Below, one piece after another: positions 47,141-62,138 of a DNA stretch of 64,000 bases. Every line of letters begins with the position of its first letter. Within the stretch, counting starts at the first letter, position 1. Origin of the DNA: Gemmatimonadota bacterium. GTDB taxonomy: Bacteria > Gemmatimonadota > Gemmatimonadetes > Palauibacterales > Palauibacteraceae. The translations under genes were made by a program, and so were the position numbers. Below the pieces are notes generated by a model that did no database searches, was not told where the DNA came from, and was given only the letters and a program-made list of their open reading frames with translations. Location: NCBI GenBank assembly GCA_965116475.1, contig OZ220691.1, positions 2,464,001 through 2,528,000 of the forward strand, read 5' to 3'.

Positions 47141-47428
47141 ATGCCGCATCCGCGTCCCGGTTCGACGAACCGGCCGAAACCCGAGAAACCCAGGGGACAT
47201 GCCGGTCGCCTGCAGGCAAAGGCGGCGGGCGCCGAGTTCGCGAGTCTCGGCATTGCGATGGGTCTTGCGATCGCGCTCCTCGCGGTCGGCGGCAACTGGC
47301 TCGACGACCGTCTCGGGACCGCGCCGCTCTTCGTTCTCCTCGGCGTGTTCGCGGGGTTCGCAGGGGGGTGCTACAGCATGTACGGTCGGCTGGCGGCTCG
47401 GCGCGAAAGCTCCGGGGCTGATGAGTGA
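47141..47428 (+). CDS. AtpZ/AtpI-family small membrane protein
   Basis: GNWLDDRLGTAPLFVLLG motif; first gene of the atp operon; GGAGAGG RBS. Confidence 0.8.
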   Translation: MPHPRPGSTNRPKPEKPRGHAGRLQAKAAGAEFASLGIAMGLAIALLAVGGNWLDDRLGTAPLFVLLGVFAGFAGGCYSMYGRLAARRESSGADE

Positions 47429-47838
47429 AGAGTGTTCCCGCCGGCTGGATGCGGCGTACGCCGACCTATGCGCTGGCCACGTTGGGGCTGGCGGTGGCGG
47501 CGGCCGCGTGGCTGGGAGATGGAGCGCGCACGTGGGGGATCGCCGCGGCCTGGCTGATACAGGTCGTCGCGGTCTGGCCGCTGAACCGTGCGCTCCTGGC
47601 GGGACGGCGGGCGACCCGGCCCTGGCTGGGCGGGATCGGTCTCCGCATGGGAGGGATGGTGGTGACGGGCGGACTCGCATGGACGGGGTCGGCGCCGCGC
47701 GACCTGCCCATCGCATACGGACTCGCCATGCTGGTGTTGTTGTGGACGGAAGCCTTGTGGCTCGCGCTCGCGCGCACGAAGAGCAAGAAGAACAACTCGA
47801 CACGGAACGCACGACCGGATGAACCGGGTGCTCGATAG
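47425..47838 (+). CDS. ATP synthase protein I-like membrane protein
   Basis: About four hydrophobic helices; position immediately before atpB. Confidence 0.65.
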   Translation: MKSVPAGWMRRTPTYALATLGLAVAAAAWLGDGARTWGIAAAWLIQVVAVWPLNRALLAGRRATRPWLGGIGLRMGGMVVTGGLAWTGSAPRDLPIAYGLAMLVLLWTEALWLALARTKSKKNNSTRNARPDEPGAR

Positions 47839-48817
47839 ATCGATGGCCTCCCTGCGGAGTCTGACGGAGCGGGTGCAGGAGCACGCCGCTCCCGCGGCCG
47901 CGGCTGCCCAGGAACACCACGGCGAAGCCCACGCGGCGGGCGGGCACGCCGAGGAGTGGGGCACCGAAGTCATGATGCACCACGTCGTGGACTCCAACAT
48001 CTGGGAGTTCGGACCCTTCGGCGAGATCCATCTCCCGGAGTTCCCGGCCTTCAACATCGGCGGCCTCGAGATCGACCTCTCGATCACGAAGCACGTGCTG
48101 TTCCTGATGTTCGCGGCCATCTTCACGATCGTGACGATGTTCATCGCCGCGCGCTCGACCGAGCGGCTGGAGCAGGGCGAGAAGGCGCCCGGAGGTCTCC
48201 TCAACGGGATCGAAGCCTTCTATCTGTACCTGCGAGACGACATCGTGATGGCCAACATCGGCCGCGGAGGAGAGAGGTTCGTCCCCCTCGTCATCACCTT
48301 CTTCTTCTTCATCCTCTATGCGAACCTGCTCGGCCTCATCCCCTTCGGCGCGACGGCGACGGGGAACATCATGGTCACGGCCGCGCTCGCCATCATCGCA
48401 CTCGTCGTGATCGAGACGGCGGGGTTCATCGCCCTCGGCCCGCTGGGCTACGCGAAGACCGTCTTCTTCCTGCCGCCCGGGCTGCCCGGGCCGCTGAAGC
48501 CGGTCACGCTGCTCATCATGGCCCCGGTCGAACTGATCGCGAAGTTCTCGAAGATCATGGCGCTCGCGATCCGGCTGTTCGCCAACATGACGGCGGGACA
48601 CTTCGTCATCCTCGCCTTCATGGGTCTCATCCTCACCTACGGCTCGATGGTCGGTCAGGGTGCCTTCGGCACGACGGTCGGCGCCGTGACGATTCTGGGG
48701 TCCATGGGCCTCGCACTGTTCGTGATGATGCTGGAGATCTTCATCGCGCTTCTTCAGGCGTACATCTTCGCGATGCTGGTCTCGGTGTTCATCGGGTTGA
48801 TTCGCCACGCGCACTGA
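47819..48817 (+). CDS. atpB: ATP synthase Fo subunit a
   Basis: ITKHV, NLLGLIP, TATGNI, ALAIRLFANMTAGH (conserved Arg), LQAYIF; start may be 47843. Confidence 0.95.
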   Translation: MNRVLDRSMASLRSLTERVQEHAAPAAAAAQEHHGEAHAAGGHAEEWGTEVMMHHVVDSNIWEFGPFGEIHLPEFPAFNIGGLEIDLSITKHVLFLMFAAIFTIVTMFIAARSTERLEQGEKAPGGLLNGIEAFYLYLRDDIVMANIGRGGERFVPLVITFFFFILYANLLGLIPFGATATGNIMVTAALAIIALVVIETAGFIALGPLGYAKTVFFLPPGLPGPLKPVTLLIMAPVELIAKFSKIMALAIRLFANMTAGHFVILAFMGLILTYGSMVGQGAFGTTVGAVTILGSMGLALFVMMLEIFIALLQAYIFAMLVSVFIGLIRHAH

Positions 48818-48916
48818 CCCGGAAGGGTCCGCGGGCAACTTCCGCGCCGGGGAGGCGCGGACGGAACGGGGGGTGTCGTCCGAACCCCCGACTGAGAAAG
48901 GAAACTGGAGCAAACG

Positions 48917-49180
48917 ATGCTGAACATGTTGACGCTGCTGCAGGGCATGTCGACGGGAGATGGCCTCGCGGTCGGTCTCGCCATTGTCGGGGGCGGGCTC
49001 TCCGTGCTCGGTGCCGGTATCGGAATCGGCCTCATCGGCGGGCGCATGACGGAGGCGATGGCCCGCCAGCCCGAGGAGGCGCAGACCATCCAGACCGGCG
49101 CGATCGTGCTCGCCGTGTTCATCGAGGGTGTGGCGCTGTTCGGACTCGTGATCGCCGGCTTCATCCGCGGCGGCCTCTGA
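48917..49180 (+). CDS. atpE: ATP synthase Fo subunit c
   Basis: GAGIGIG, ARQPE loop, IEGVALF (ion-binding Glu). Confidence 0.96.
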   Translation: MLNMLTLLQGMSTGDGLAVGLAIVGGGLSVLGAGIGIGLIGGRMTEAMARQPEEAQTIQTGAIVLAVFIEGVALFGLVIAGFIRGGL

Positions 49181-49731
49181 TGCGTCTCGCCGCTCTCGGC
49201 GCGCTCTGGGGTTTCGCGGCACCGGTGAAGCTGGCCGCCCAGGCGGAGACGGGGATCTTCTCGCTCAATCTGGGGCTCGTGGTGTGGACCTGGATTCTGT
49301 TCGTGGTCACGCTCCTCGTCCTGGCGAAATGGGTCTTCCCGCTCATCGCGGGGGGGCTCGAGCAGAGGCACGCGAAGATCCAGGGCGCGATCGACGATGC
49401 CCTTTCCGCGCGCGATGAGGCGAAGGGACTGCTCTCGCAGCAGGAGGCCGCACTGGAAGCGGCCCGGGGCGAGGCGCGCGAGATGCTGGAGAACGCCCGG
49501 CAGCACGCCGACGGCCTCCGCAAGGAGATGCTGGAGGAGGCGCGGGCGCAGCAGGCGCAGATGCTCGATGACGCGCGCCGCGAGATCGGACACGAACGGG
49601 ACCTGCTGCGCGAGGAGATCCGGCGGGATGCGGTGGATCTCGCGCTGGCCGCGTCCGAGCGACTGATCCGCGCGCGGCTGGACGCCGAGGAGAATCGGCG
49701 TCTGGTGCACGAGTTCGTGTCGGACGTCTAG
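49180..49731 (+). CDS. atpF: ATP synthase Fo subunit b
   Basis: GLVVWTWILF..L.KWVFP..LEQR followed by a long coiled coil; ATG overlaps the atpE stop. Confidence 0.93.
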   Translation: MRLAALGALWGFAAPVKLAAQAETGIFSLNLGLVVWTWILFVVTLLVLAKWVFPLIAGGLEQRHAKIQGAIDDALSARDEAKGLLSQQEAALEAARGEAREMLENARQHADGLRKEMLEEARAQQAQMLDDARREIGHERDLLREEIRRDAVDLALAASERLIRARLDAEENRRLVHEFVSDV

Positions 49732-49748
49732 TCGGACGTGACGGAGCG

Positions 49749-50282
49749 ATGAGCGCATCGGCGGTGGCCCGCAACTACGCGGCGACTCTCTTCGAACTCG
49801 CGGCGCGCGATGGGAGCGAGGCGGAGTACGGGCGGCTGATCGAGGAGATCGGCGACCTGTACGCGAACGTCCCGGATTTCCAGCGCTTTCTGGAAGTGCC
49901 CGCGGTGTCGCTGTTCGAGAAGAAGGAGACGATCCAGGCGGCTCTCTCCGGAAAGGCGCCGGATCCGTTCGTCCGCTTCCTGCTCGTCATCCTGGATCGC
50001 CACCGGCAGCGGGCCCTTCCGGGGATCGCTCGCGCCTACCGCGACCTGCTCGACGAGGAGGCGGGGCGGATCCGCGCCACCGTGACGCTGCCCTTCGAGG
50101 CGGATGACCGCGTCCGGAACGAAGTGGTTTCCGCGCTGGAGCGGCGCTTCGAGCGGGAGGTCGTCCCGGAGTTCCACGAGGACCCGAGGATTCTGGGCGG
50201 CGTGATCATCCGCGTCGGCGACGAGTTGCTGGACGCCTCGCTGCGGCGGCAACTCGAGCGGATGCGGCGCGAACTGTACTGA
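49749..50282 (+). CDS. atpH: ATP synthase F1 subunit delta
   Basis: [30 protein letters not shown]. Confidence 0.95.
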   Translation: MSASAVARNYAATLFELAARDGSEAEYGRLIEEIGDLYANVPDFQRFLEVPAVSLFEKKETIQAALSGKAPDPFVRFLLVILDRHRQRALPGIARAYRDLLDEEAGRIRATVTLPFEADDRVRNEVVSALERRFEREVVPEFHEDPRILGGVIIRVGDELLDASLRRQLERMRRELY

Positions 50283-50343
50283 GCCGCCGGTACTGACCTG
50301 CGGCACCGAGCCGCCGGTAACGAAAAACAGAGAAGAGAAGACG

Positions 50344-51957
50344 ATGACAGGTTTCGACAGCTCCCTTCGAGCGAGCGAGATCAAGAAGGCCCTGCTCGAG
50401 CAGATCGACCGCTACGAGGAGGAACTCCGGGTCGAGGAGGTGGGCGAGGTCCTCGAGGTGAAGGACGGCGTGGCCCGCATCTGGGGGCTTTCCACGTGCG
50501 TCGCCAACGAGATGCTCGAGATCACGTCCCGCGATACCGGGGTCTCCGTGATCGGTCTCGCCTCGAACCTCGAGGAAGACAACATCGGCGCCGTGATCCT
50601 CGGCGATTACCTGGCCCTCAAGGAGGGAGATCCGGTGCGCCGCACCGGCCGCGTCCTCTCCGTGCCCGTCGGTCCGGAGATTCTCGGCCGCGTCGTGGAC
50701 ACGCTGGGGCAGCCGCGCGATGGCCGCGGGCCGATCGAGACGGTGACCTACATGAAGGTCGACCGGAAGGCGCCCGGCATCGTGTACCGCCAGCCGGTGA
50801 ACGAGCCGCTCCAGACCGGCCTCAAGGCGATCGACTCCATGATTCCGATCGGCCGCGGCCAGCGGGAACTGATCATCGGCGACCGCGGCACGGGCAAGAC
50901 GGCCGTGGCGATCGACGCCATCATCAATCAGAAGGGCGAGGACGTCGTCTGCGTCTACTGCGCGATCGGGCAGAAGGGCTCGACGGTCGCCGGCATCGTC
51001 GAGCGGCTCCGCGAGGAGGGCGCGCTCGATTACACGGTCGTGGTGGCCGCGAACGCGTCCGAGCCCGCGCCGATGCAGTTCATGGCCCCCTACGCGGCGT
51101 GCGCGATCGGCGAGTACTTCATGTACGAGGAGGGGAAAGCCGTCCTCGTCATCTACGACGACCTCACGAAGCAGGCGGACGCCTATCGCGAGGCGTCGCT
51201 CATTCTGCGGCGTCCGCCGGGGCGCGAAGCGTACCCGGGCGATGTCTTCTACCTGCACAGCCGCCTGCTCGAACGGGCGGCCAAGATCAGCAACGATCCG
51301 GAAGCGATCGCCGGACACCCGGACATCAGGAAGCCCGGCGGTTCGCTGACCGCGCTCCCGATCATCCAGACGGCGGCCGGTGACGTGTCGGCCTACATCC
51401 CGACGAACGTGATCTCGATCACCGACGGCCAGATCTTCCTCGAAACGGACCTCTTCTACTCGGGCGTGCGCCCCGCCGTGAACGTGGGAATCTCGGTCTC
51501 GCGCGTGGGCGGCAACGCGCAGATCAAGGCGATGAAGAAGGTCGCCGGACGTCTGCGGCTCGACCTGGCGCAGTTCCGGGAGATCGAGGCCTTCGCGCAG
51601 TTCGGCACGGAGCTGGACGCCGCGACGCAGCGGCAGCTGGACCGGGGCCGGCGCACCGTCGAGATCCTCAAGCAGGGCCAGTACGAGCCGATGCCGGTCG
51701 AAGAGCAGGTGATGGTGATCTTCGCGGCCACCCAGGGGTTCCTCGACGACCTGGACGTGTCGCGGATTCGGGGCTGGGAAGTCGGCTTCCTCGAGTACAT
51801 GAGCACGAATCATCCCGAAGTCGGCGAGGCGCTCCGGGACGAGCGGGTGATGTCCGACGAGACCGAGGCGGCCCTCCGCGGTGCGATCGAGTCGTACTCG
51901 GGCACCTTCGTCCACGACGGCGCCTCCCGAGGGGAAGCCGCGGACGCCGCCGCATGA
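50344..51957 (+). CDS. atpA: ATP synthase F1 subunit alpha
   Basis: [53 protein letters not shown]. Confidence 0.98.
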   Translation: MTGFDSSLRASEIKKALLEQIDRYEEELRVEEVGEVLEVKDGVARIWGLSTCVANEMLEITSRDTGVSVIGLASNLEEDNIGAVILGDYLALKEGDPVRRTGRVLSVPVGPEILGRVVDTLGQPRDGRGPIETVTYMKVDRKAPGIVYRQPVNEPLQTGLKAIDSMIPIGRGQRELIIGDRGTGKTAVAIDAIINQKGEDVVCVYCAIGQKGSTVAGIVERLREEGALDYTVVVAANASEPAPMQFMAPYAACAIGEYFMYEEGKAVLVIYDDLTKQADAYREASLILRRPPGREAYPGDVFYLHSRLLERAAKISNDPEAIAGHPDIRKPGGSLTALPIIQTAAGDVSAYIPTNVISITDGQIFLETDLFYSGVRPAVNVGISVSRVGGNAQIKAMKKVAGRLRLDLAQFREIEAFAQFGTELDAATQRQLDRGRRTVEILKQGQYEPMPVEEQVMVIFAATQGFLDDLDVSRIRGWEVGFLEYMSTNHPEVGEALRDERVMSDETEAALRGAIESYSGTFVHDGASRGEAADAAA

Positions 51958-52820
51958 GCAAGTCGAGGGACATCTATCGGCGGATGAAGTCCGTCGACAG
52001 CACGAAGAAGATCACGCGCACCATGGAGATGGTCGCGACCGCCAAGCTCGCGCAGGCGCAGGGGCGGGTGATCCGGGCACGTCCCTACTCGGCCGAACTG
52101 ATGGACATGATCGCCCGGCTCGCCACGCCGGATCTGGCGGAGTCCCGGCCCCTGCTGCGTCAGCCGGCCCGCATCGAACGGGCCGCGGTGGTGCTCGTGA
52201 CGAGCAATCGCGGGCTGTGCGGCGCCTTCAACGCGAACCTCATCCGCACCGCGCAGGCCCAGCTCGCCGAGCTCGGGGAAGCCGGAGCCCGGGTCGAGTT
52301 CCACGTCTACGGAAACAAGGGGATCTCGTACTTCCGGTTCCGCGGCGTGGAGATGGCGCACACGCGCAACGACCTCGGGGACCCTCCGGCGGTGGACGAC
52401 GCGCGGAGTCTGATCGACGATCTCGCGGCGCGCTTCGTGGCCGGCGAACTTGACGCCGTCCGGCTCGTCTTCGCCGAATTCCGGAACATGGTCAGCACGC
52501 CTCCGGCCGTCCGTCAGGTCCTGCCGGTCGGCGTAGGCGAGGCGCGCAAGGGTCCGCAGCCCTTCTATATCCTGGATCCCTCGGAGGAGGAAATCCTCGA
52601 TCATCTCCTGCCGCTCTACGTGACGAACTCGACGTACAGCGCGCTCCTCGAGACGGCGGCGGCGGAGCAGGCGGCCCGCCGGACGGCGATGAAGTCGGCG
52701 ACGGACAACGCCAACGAGTTCCTCGACAACCTGCGGCGGACGTACAACCGCGCCCGCCAGGCCGAAATCACGAATCAGATCGCGGAGATCATCGGCGGCG
52801 CGGACGCGTTGGACGGATAG
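51954..52820 (+). CDS. atpG: ATP synthase F1 subunit gamma
   Basis: [39 protein letters not shown]. Confidence 0.97.
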   Translation: MSKSRDIYRRMKSVDSTKKITRTMEMVATAKLAQAQGRVIRARPYSAELMDMIARLATPDLAESRPLLRQPARIERAAVVLVTSNRGLCGAFNANLIRTAQAQLAELGEAGARVEFHVYGNKGISYFRFRGVEMAHTRNDLGDPPAVDDARSLIDDLAARFVAGELDAVRLVFAEFRNMVSTPPAVRQVLPVGVGEARKGPQPFYILDPSEEEILDHLLPLYVTNSTYSALLETAAAEQAARRTAMKSATDNANEFLDNLRRTYNRARQAEITNQIAEIIGGADALDG

Positions 52821-52888
52821 CGGCCGGATAGCGGACGAACAGCGTACGGGGCGGCGGCGCCCCCGAGAACCGATAGCCATGAGGCTGA

Positions 52889-54612
<1,724 letters not shown>

Positions 54613-54637
54613 CCCCACGAGGGTCCGCGGGAGGTGC

Positions 54638-54666
54638 TTGACGGTTCTCCGGACGGACCCTATTTT
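54638..54666 (+). promoter_or_regulatory. Sigma-70 promoter of the 23S-5S rRNA unit
   Basis: TTGACG-17 bp-TATTTT. Confidence 0.8.
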
Positions 54667-54675
54667 ACCCGTCTT

Positions 54676-54722
54676 CCCTGCGAGCGCCTTCGGGCGTCTT
54701 GCGGGTCCGCTTTTTTGACAAT
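54676..54722 (+). promoter_or_regulatory. rRNA leader boxB-like hairpin and boxA-like antitermination element
   Basis: Hairpin CCCTGCGAGCGCC-TTCG-GGCGTCTTGCGGG followed by GCTTTTTTGACAA (boxA consensus GCTCTTTAACAA). Confidence 0.6.
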
Positions 54723-54787
54723 CTGGTAGCGAGTGAGAGTGCTGGGCGCCGAGTGCGTCTGAGGTGCTTGATGCCGTCAACGAAGAT

Positions 54788-57812
<3,025 letters not shown>

Positions 57813-57889
57813 ATATCTTCATATGAGGTCGATTAGCGCTTCAGCGCGCTCGACCGCCCTGCACTCGACTCGTTAGCCGGATCCCGGAT

Positions 57890-58007
57890 TGCCGGCGGCT
57901 TTAGCGAGGGGGAAACACCTGGTCCCATCCCGAACCCAGCAGTTAAGCCCCTCAGCGCCGATGGTACTTGGGCGGGGACGCCCTGGGAGAGTAGGTCGCT
58001 GCCGGCG
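57890..58007 (+). rRNA. rrf: 5S ribosomal RNA
   Basis: GCCGGCGGC...GTCGCTGCCGGC terminal helix, CCCATCCCGAAC, GCCGATGGTACT, GGGAGAGTAG. Confidence 0.96.
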
Positions 58008-58016
58008 ACTTTTTTG

Positions 58017-58057
58017 AGAAAACGCCTCGTGTCCGTTGCGGATGCGAGGCGTTTTCT
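58017..58057 (+). terminator. Intrinsic terminator, probably bidirectional, after 5S
   Basis: AGAAAACGCCTCGTGTCCG-TTG-CGGATGCGAGGCGTTTTCT, between convergent rrf and thiE. Confidence 0.8.
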
Positions 58058-58105
58058 GCATCGGGGTGGGGGTGGGCGAGGGGAGGGTGGGCGTTCACCA
58101 GCCAG

Positions 58106-58762
58106 CTAGCGCCCATACCTCGCTCCTCCGCCGGCGATACGCATCAGTTCCCGCACGACCGCCGCCGGGTCGGAGGCGGACATCACGGCGGAAAGGACGG
58201 CGATGCCGGCGCCGGTCTCAAGCACCCCGGAGGCGTTTGTGGGAGTGATGCCGCCGATGCCGAGACAGGGGAGGCGGCTGGCCTGCCGGACGAGCCGGAC
58301 CCGCTCGGGGCCGATCGCTTCGTCCGTGAGGCCGGGCTTGGAGCGCGTGCCGAACACGGCTCCGACCCCCAGATAATCCGCCCCCGCAGCCGCGGCGCGG
58401 CGGGCTTGCTCGGGATCATCGGTGGAATACCCGATGAGAAAATCGGGCGGGACGATGTCGCGGGCCGCGGAGACGGTAAGATCGTCCGGGCCGAGATGGA
58501 CGCCGTCCGCGCCGGCGGCGAGGGCGACATCGAGACGATCGTTCACGATCAGCGTGGCGCCGGCCGATGTCGTGATCGCGCGGAGGCGCTCCGCTGTCGA
58601 GGCGAGCGCGCGGCCGTCGGCGGCCTTGTCCCGGAACTGAATCGCGGGCGCTCCGGCGTCCACGCATTCGGCCACGACCTGCTCGAGCGGACGGCCGCAG
58701 GCGGGCTGCGGGTGGGTGATCACCATGAGAGGCCAGCCATCCCACGCGGGCGAGCCGGGCAT
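58106..58762 (-). CDS. thiE: Thiamine-phosphate synthase
   Basis: IQFRDK, IVNDRLDVA, GADGVHLGPDD, ADYLGVGAVFGT.SK, GIGGIT. Confidence 0.93.
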   Translation of the reverse strand: MPGSPAWDGWPLMVITHPQPACGRPLEQVVAECVDAGAPAIQFRDKAADGRALASTAERLRAITTSAGATLIVNDRLDVALAAGADGVHLGPDDLTVSAARDIVPPDFLIGYSTDDPEQARRAAAAGADYLGVGAVFGTRSKPGLTDEAIGPERVRLVRQASRLPCLGIGGITPTNASGVLETGAGIAVLSAVMSASDPAAVVRELMRIAGGGARYGR

Positions 58763-58775
58763 GGTCCCTTTCGTC

Positions 58776-59807
58776 CTAGCGTTCCGCCGACTCGCGGGCG
58801 AGGCGTATACGGTTTCTCGCGTTGTTGTGCTCGCGCAGAGTGCGGGTGAATTCGTGCGAGCCGTCGTTTCGCGCCACGAAGAAGATGTACTCGTGGTCGG
58901 CGGGGTGGAGGGCGGCCCGCAGCGATGCCGCTCCCGGCGAAGCTATGGGCCCGGGCGGCAAACCCGGCTGCGTGTAGGTGTTGTAGGGGTGATCCGCGAC
59001 CGAGTCGATGTCACGGTAGAGCAGACGGGCCCGCGGCTCGCCGAGGGCGTACTGCACCGTGGGATCCGCCTGCAGCAGCATGTCGCGCTGAAGGCGGTTC
59101 CAGTAAACCCCCGCGACCACCGGACGCTCCTCGTCCCACCGGACCTCCTTCTCGACAATGCTCGCGAGCGTCACGACCTCTCGCTCGTCGAGACCGAGTG
59201 CGGCGGCCCGGGCGCGCTCCTCGGCTCCCCAGAAACCCCTGTATCGTCCGACGATCGCCTGGACGATGACCGGGATTCCGACACCATCGGCGAATCGATA
59301 CGTCTCCGGGAACAGATATCCCTCCAGCGTGGGGCCCGGCACGTCCAGCTCGCCAACCCGCTCCGGATCCGTGAGATAGGCCAGGACGGCCGCGGTCGAA
59401 TCGCCGACGTAGGCGGCGAGGCGTTCCGCCACCTGCGGGAGCCGAAGACCCTCCGGGATTGTGAGCGGCGTCGTCACGACAGCCCCGGTACCGAGCACCC
59501 CCAGCAGGTACGGGTACGGGGCGCCGCGCGGAATCTCGTACCGACCGGCCTTCAGTTGCCGTCCCTGACCCTTCAGGCGCACGTACGCGTCGAAGATTCG
59601 GGGATGGAAGATCAGTTCCTGCACCCGGAGTGCCTCCGCGACCTCCAGCGATGCGGCGCCATCCGGGATGAGAACCTCGACGACCGACCCATCCGGAATG
59701 CCGCGGCCCCGGAACTCGGCGGAAAAGAACCCGTAGGCCACGGGGGCGAAGGCGACGAGGGCGGCGAGGAGCAGGCGAACGCCCGTCCCCTTCGGCAGGC
59801 GTCTCAT
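58776..59807 (-). CDS. mltG: Endolytic transglycosylase MltG
   Basis: LKAGRY, LTIPEG, LEGYLFPETY, LASIVEKE, LQADPTVQY, PYNTY..PGLPPGPI. Confidence 0.95.
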   Translation of the reverse strand: MRRLPKGTGVRLLLAALVAFAPVAYGFFSAEFRGRGIPDGSVVEVLIPDGAASLEVAEALRVQELIFHPRIFDAYVRLKGQGRQLKAGRYEIPRGAPYPYLLGVLGTGAVVTTPLTIPEGLRLPQVAERLAAYVGDSTAAVLAYLTDPERVGELDVPGPTLEGYLFPETYRFADGVGIPVIVQAIVGRYRGFWGAEERARAAALGLDEREVVTLASIVEKEVRWDEERPVVAGVYWNRLQRDMLLQADPTVQYALGEPRARLLYRDIDSVADHPYNTYTQPGLPPGPIASPGAASLRAALHPADHEYIFFVARNDGSHEFTRTLREHNNARNRIRLARESAER

Positions 59808-60268
59808 GGGCCGCGGGCGACCTCCGCACCGGTGGGGAGGCTGCGCAGATAGGCGGACAGCATCAGCGCCGCGGCCATTTCGTCCGTCCGGCCCTTCCGC
59901 CGCCGCCGGCCTCGAGGCGGATCCATGCTGAGGATCTCCTTTTCCGCCCTGGCCGTCGACAGCCGCTCGTCCCACTCGATGGTTCGCACTCCCGTCGCTC
60001 CCTCCAGGGCCTGGGCGAAGGCCCGCGCCTCCGCGGCCATCTCGCCCGCGCTCCCATCCATCGAGAACGGGATACCCACAAGGATGGCGGCGGGGTCCAA
60101 TTCCGCCACGAGTTCCGTCAGCGCGACCGGGATTGCGCCCGCCGGCGCCCGTCGGTTCGATCTCTCCACCACACCGTGAGGCGCCGCGATCGTCCGCGTG
60201 GGATCCGTGACCGCCACCCCGATGCGCCGTCGGCCGTAGTCGAGCGCCATCAAACGGCCGCGTGGCAT
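59804..60268 (-). CDS. ruvX: Holliday junction resolvase-like / pre-16S rRNA nuclease RuvX (YqgF)
   Basis: ALDYGRRRIGVAVTD, VGIP, WDERLST, DEMAA. Confidence 0.92.
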   Translation of the reverse strand: MPRGRLMALDYGRRRIGVAVTDPTRTIAAPHGVVERSNRRAPAGAIPVALTELVAELDPAAILVGIPFSMDGSAGEMAAEARAFAQALEGATGVRTIEWDERLSTARAEKEILSMDPPRGRRRRKGRTDEMAAALMLSAYLRSLPTGAEVARGP

Positions 60269-60270
60269 GC

Positions 60271-60768
60271 TCAGTGCGCCTGGCCCGCGGACCCCGATTG
60301 GCCGTCGGCAAGCACCCGTTGGATCGTCTCCGCGGATCCGAACAGGAACCAGCATGGCTCCGTCCCGCCGCCGCATTGCACCTCGGCGACCTCTACCGGG
60401 CGGTCCGCCAGGCGGCTCAGCACGCCTCGCAACAGCGCCGTCGCGAAGTGACAGTGAACGTTCCCGGCCGCCGTGGCCTCCGGCGAGTCACGCCAGGCGA
60501 TGGCGGCGGATGCTGCGCCCCCCGGCCTGAACGATATCGACCCGAGGCCCGCCTTCCGGAGTATCTCGTCCAGGAAAGCCCAGAACTCCGCCGCGGCGAG
60601 TGCGTCCGGAGCGTCGCCGAGCAGGGCGACGGCCTCCGCGCCGGTACGGTCCCCCGCCTCGTTCAGCGCCGCAATGCCGGCATCGCCCAGGCTCGCGCAG
60701 CGGTGAAGGAGATCCGCGAGGACCGACCTCGGCAGGATCACGGCAGAGGTCTGCGTGGGGGAGATCAT
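60271..60768 (-). CDS. V4R-domain-like protein
   Basis: GLGSI, CHFATALLRG, VAEVQC....PCWF metal-site pattern; ends 2 nt before the ruvX ATG. Confidence 0.65.
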   Translation of the reverse strand: MISPTQTSAVILPRSVLADLLHRCASLGDAGIAALNEAGDRTGAEAVALLGDAPDALAAAEFWAFLDEILRKAGLGSISFRPGGAASAAIAWRDSPEATAAGNVHCHFATALLRGVLSRLADRPVEVAEVQCGGGTEPCWFLFGSAETIQRVLADGQSGSAGQAH

Positions 60769-60817
60769 CGCGAAAAAAGCTAGACAGGGGGCCGGGGCCG
60801 GACAAGGTTGCCGACTC

Positions 60818-62122
60818 ATGCTCCCAACCCGGATCATCGAGAAGAAGCGGGATGGCGGGCGGCTCTCGTCCGACGAACTCGCGGCCTTCCTGCGCGGGTA
60901 TCTCGAGGGACGCGTCGCCGAGTACCAGATGTCCGCCTTCCTCATGGCCGCGTTCATTCGCGGGCTGGATCCCGCCGAGCTCTCCGTGCTCCTGCGCGAG
61001 ATCATCGAGTCCGGGGCGCGCCTGCGGTTCGACGACGACGGTCCGCCGGCCGTCGACAAGCATTCGACCGGCGGCGTCGGCGACAAGGTCTCGCTGATCC
61101 TGGCGCCTCTCCTGGCCGAAGCAGGACTTCGCGTCCCCATGATGTCGGGCCGCGGTCTCGGACATACCGGGGGGACGCTGGACAAGCTCGAGGCGATCCC
61201 GGGCTTCGACGTGTCCGTGGATCTGGTCCGGTTCCGGGCCATTCTCGATGAGGTCGGGTGCGCGATGATCGGCCAGACGAAGGAGATCGCGCCGCTCGAC
61301 GGACGCCTCTACGCCCTGCGGGATGTGACGGGCACCGTCCCTTCCCCACCCCTGATCGCGGCCTCGATCGTTTCCAAGAAGGTGGCTGAAGGCATCGGGG
61401 CGCTCGTGCTCGACGTGAAGTGTGGACGCGGCGCCTTCATAACCGACCGCGAGCAGGCGCGAGATCTGGCGCGCACCATGGTCGACCTCGCCACCGCCGA
61501 GGGGGTGCGGACGAGCGCGCTCCTCACCGCAATGGACGCCCCTCTGGGCCGCACCGTCGGCAACGCGCTGGAAGTGCGCGAGGCGATGGAGGCCCTGAGA
61601 GGTGGAGGACCGGCGGATCTGCGCGCCGTCACCCTCGCGCTGGGCGCCGAGTTGTTGGTCTCCGTCGGTCGCGCGCCCGACGTGGACGAGGCTGGGTCGG
61701 AACTCGGCCCGATCCTCGACAGCGGTGCGGCGCTTGCGCGTTTCGCGCGGCTCATCGAAGTCCAGGGAGGGGATCCGGGGGTGGTCGACGACCCCGGGCG
61801 CCTCCCCTCCGCCCCGGTCCGCGAACCCTTCCGATCCCCCGGCTCCGGTTGGCTCGACGTCCATGCCCGCAGGGTGGGCGTCGCCTCGGTGGAACTCGGG
61901 GCCGGCCGCCGGCGCGTCGAGGACGCGGTCGATCCGCGGGTGGGGTTCGAGTTTCACCGCAACGCGGGCGACCGGGTCTCCGAAGGCGAACCTCTCCTCA
62001 CCGTCCACGCGGCGGACGCGGCCGGCGCGGCGACGGCCACCCACCGTCTCGCGGGCGCGATTCGGCTCACTCCGGAGCCCCCCGCGGCGCAACCGCTGAT
62101 CCTGGAGCGGATCGTCAGCTAG
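60818..62122 (+). CDS. pdp: Pyrimidine-nucleoside / thymidine phosphorylase
   Basis: IEKKRDG, YQMSAFLMA, DKHSTGGVGDK, SGRGLGHTGGTLDKLE, LRDVTGTV, LDVKCGRGAF. Confidence 0.95.
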   Translation: MLPTRIIEKKRDGGRLSSDELAAFLRGYLEGRVAEYQMSAFLMAAFIRGLDPAELSVLLREIIESGARLRFDDDGPPAVDKHSTGGVGDKVSLILAPLLAEAGLRVPMMSGRGLGHTGGTLDKLEAIPGFDVSVDLVRFRAILDEVGCAMIGQTKEIAPLDGRLYALRDVTGTVPSPPLIAASIVSKKVAEGIGALVLDVKCGRGAFITDREQARDLARTMVDLATAEGVRTSALLTAMDAPLGRTVGNALEVREAMEALRGGGPADLRAVTLALGAELLVSVGRAPDVDEAGSELGPILDSGAALARFARLIEVQGGDPGVVDDPGRLPSAPVREPFRSPGSGWLDVHARRVGVASVELGAGRRRVEDAVDPRVGFEFHRNAGDRVSEGEPLLTVHAADAAGAATATHRLAGAIRLTPEPPAAQPLILERIVS

Positions 62123-62138
62123 GGGCCTTCCATGTCTG

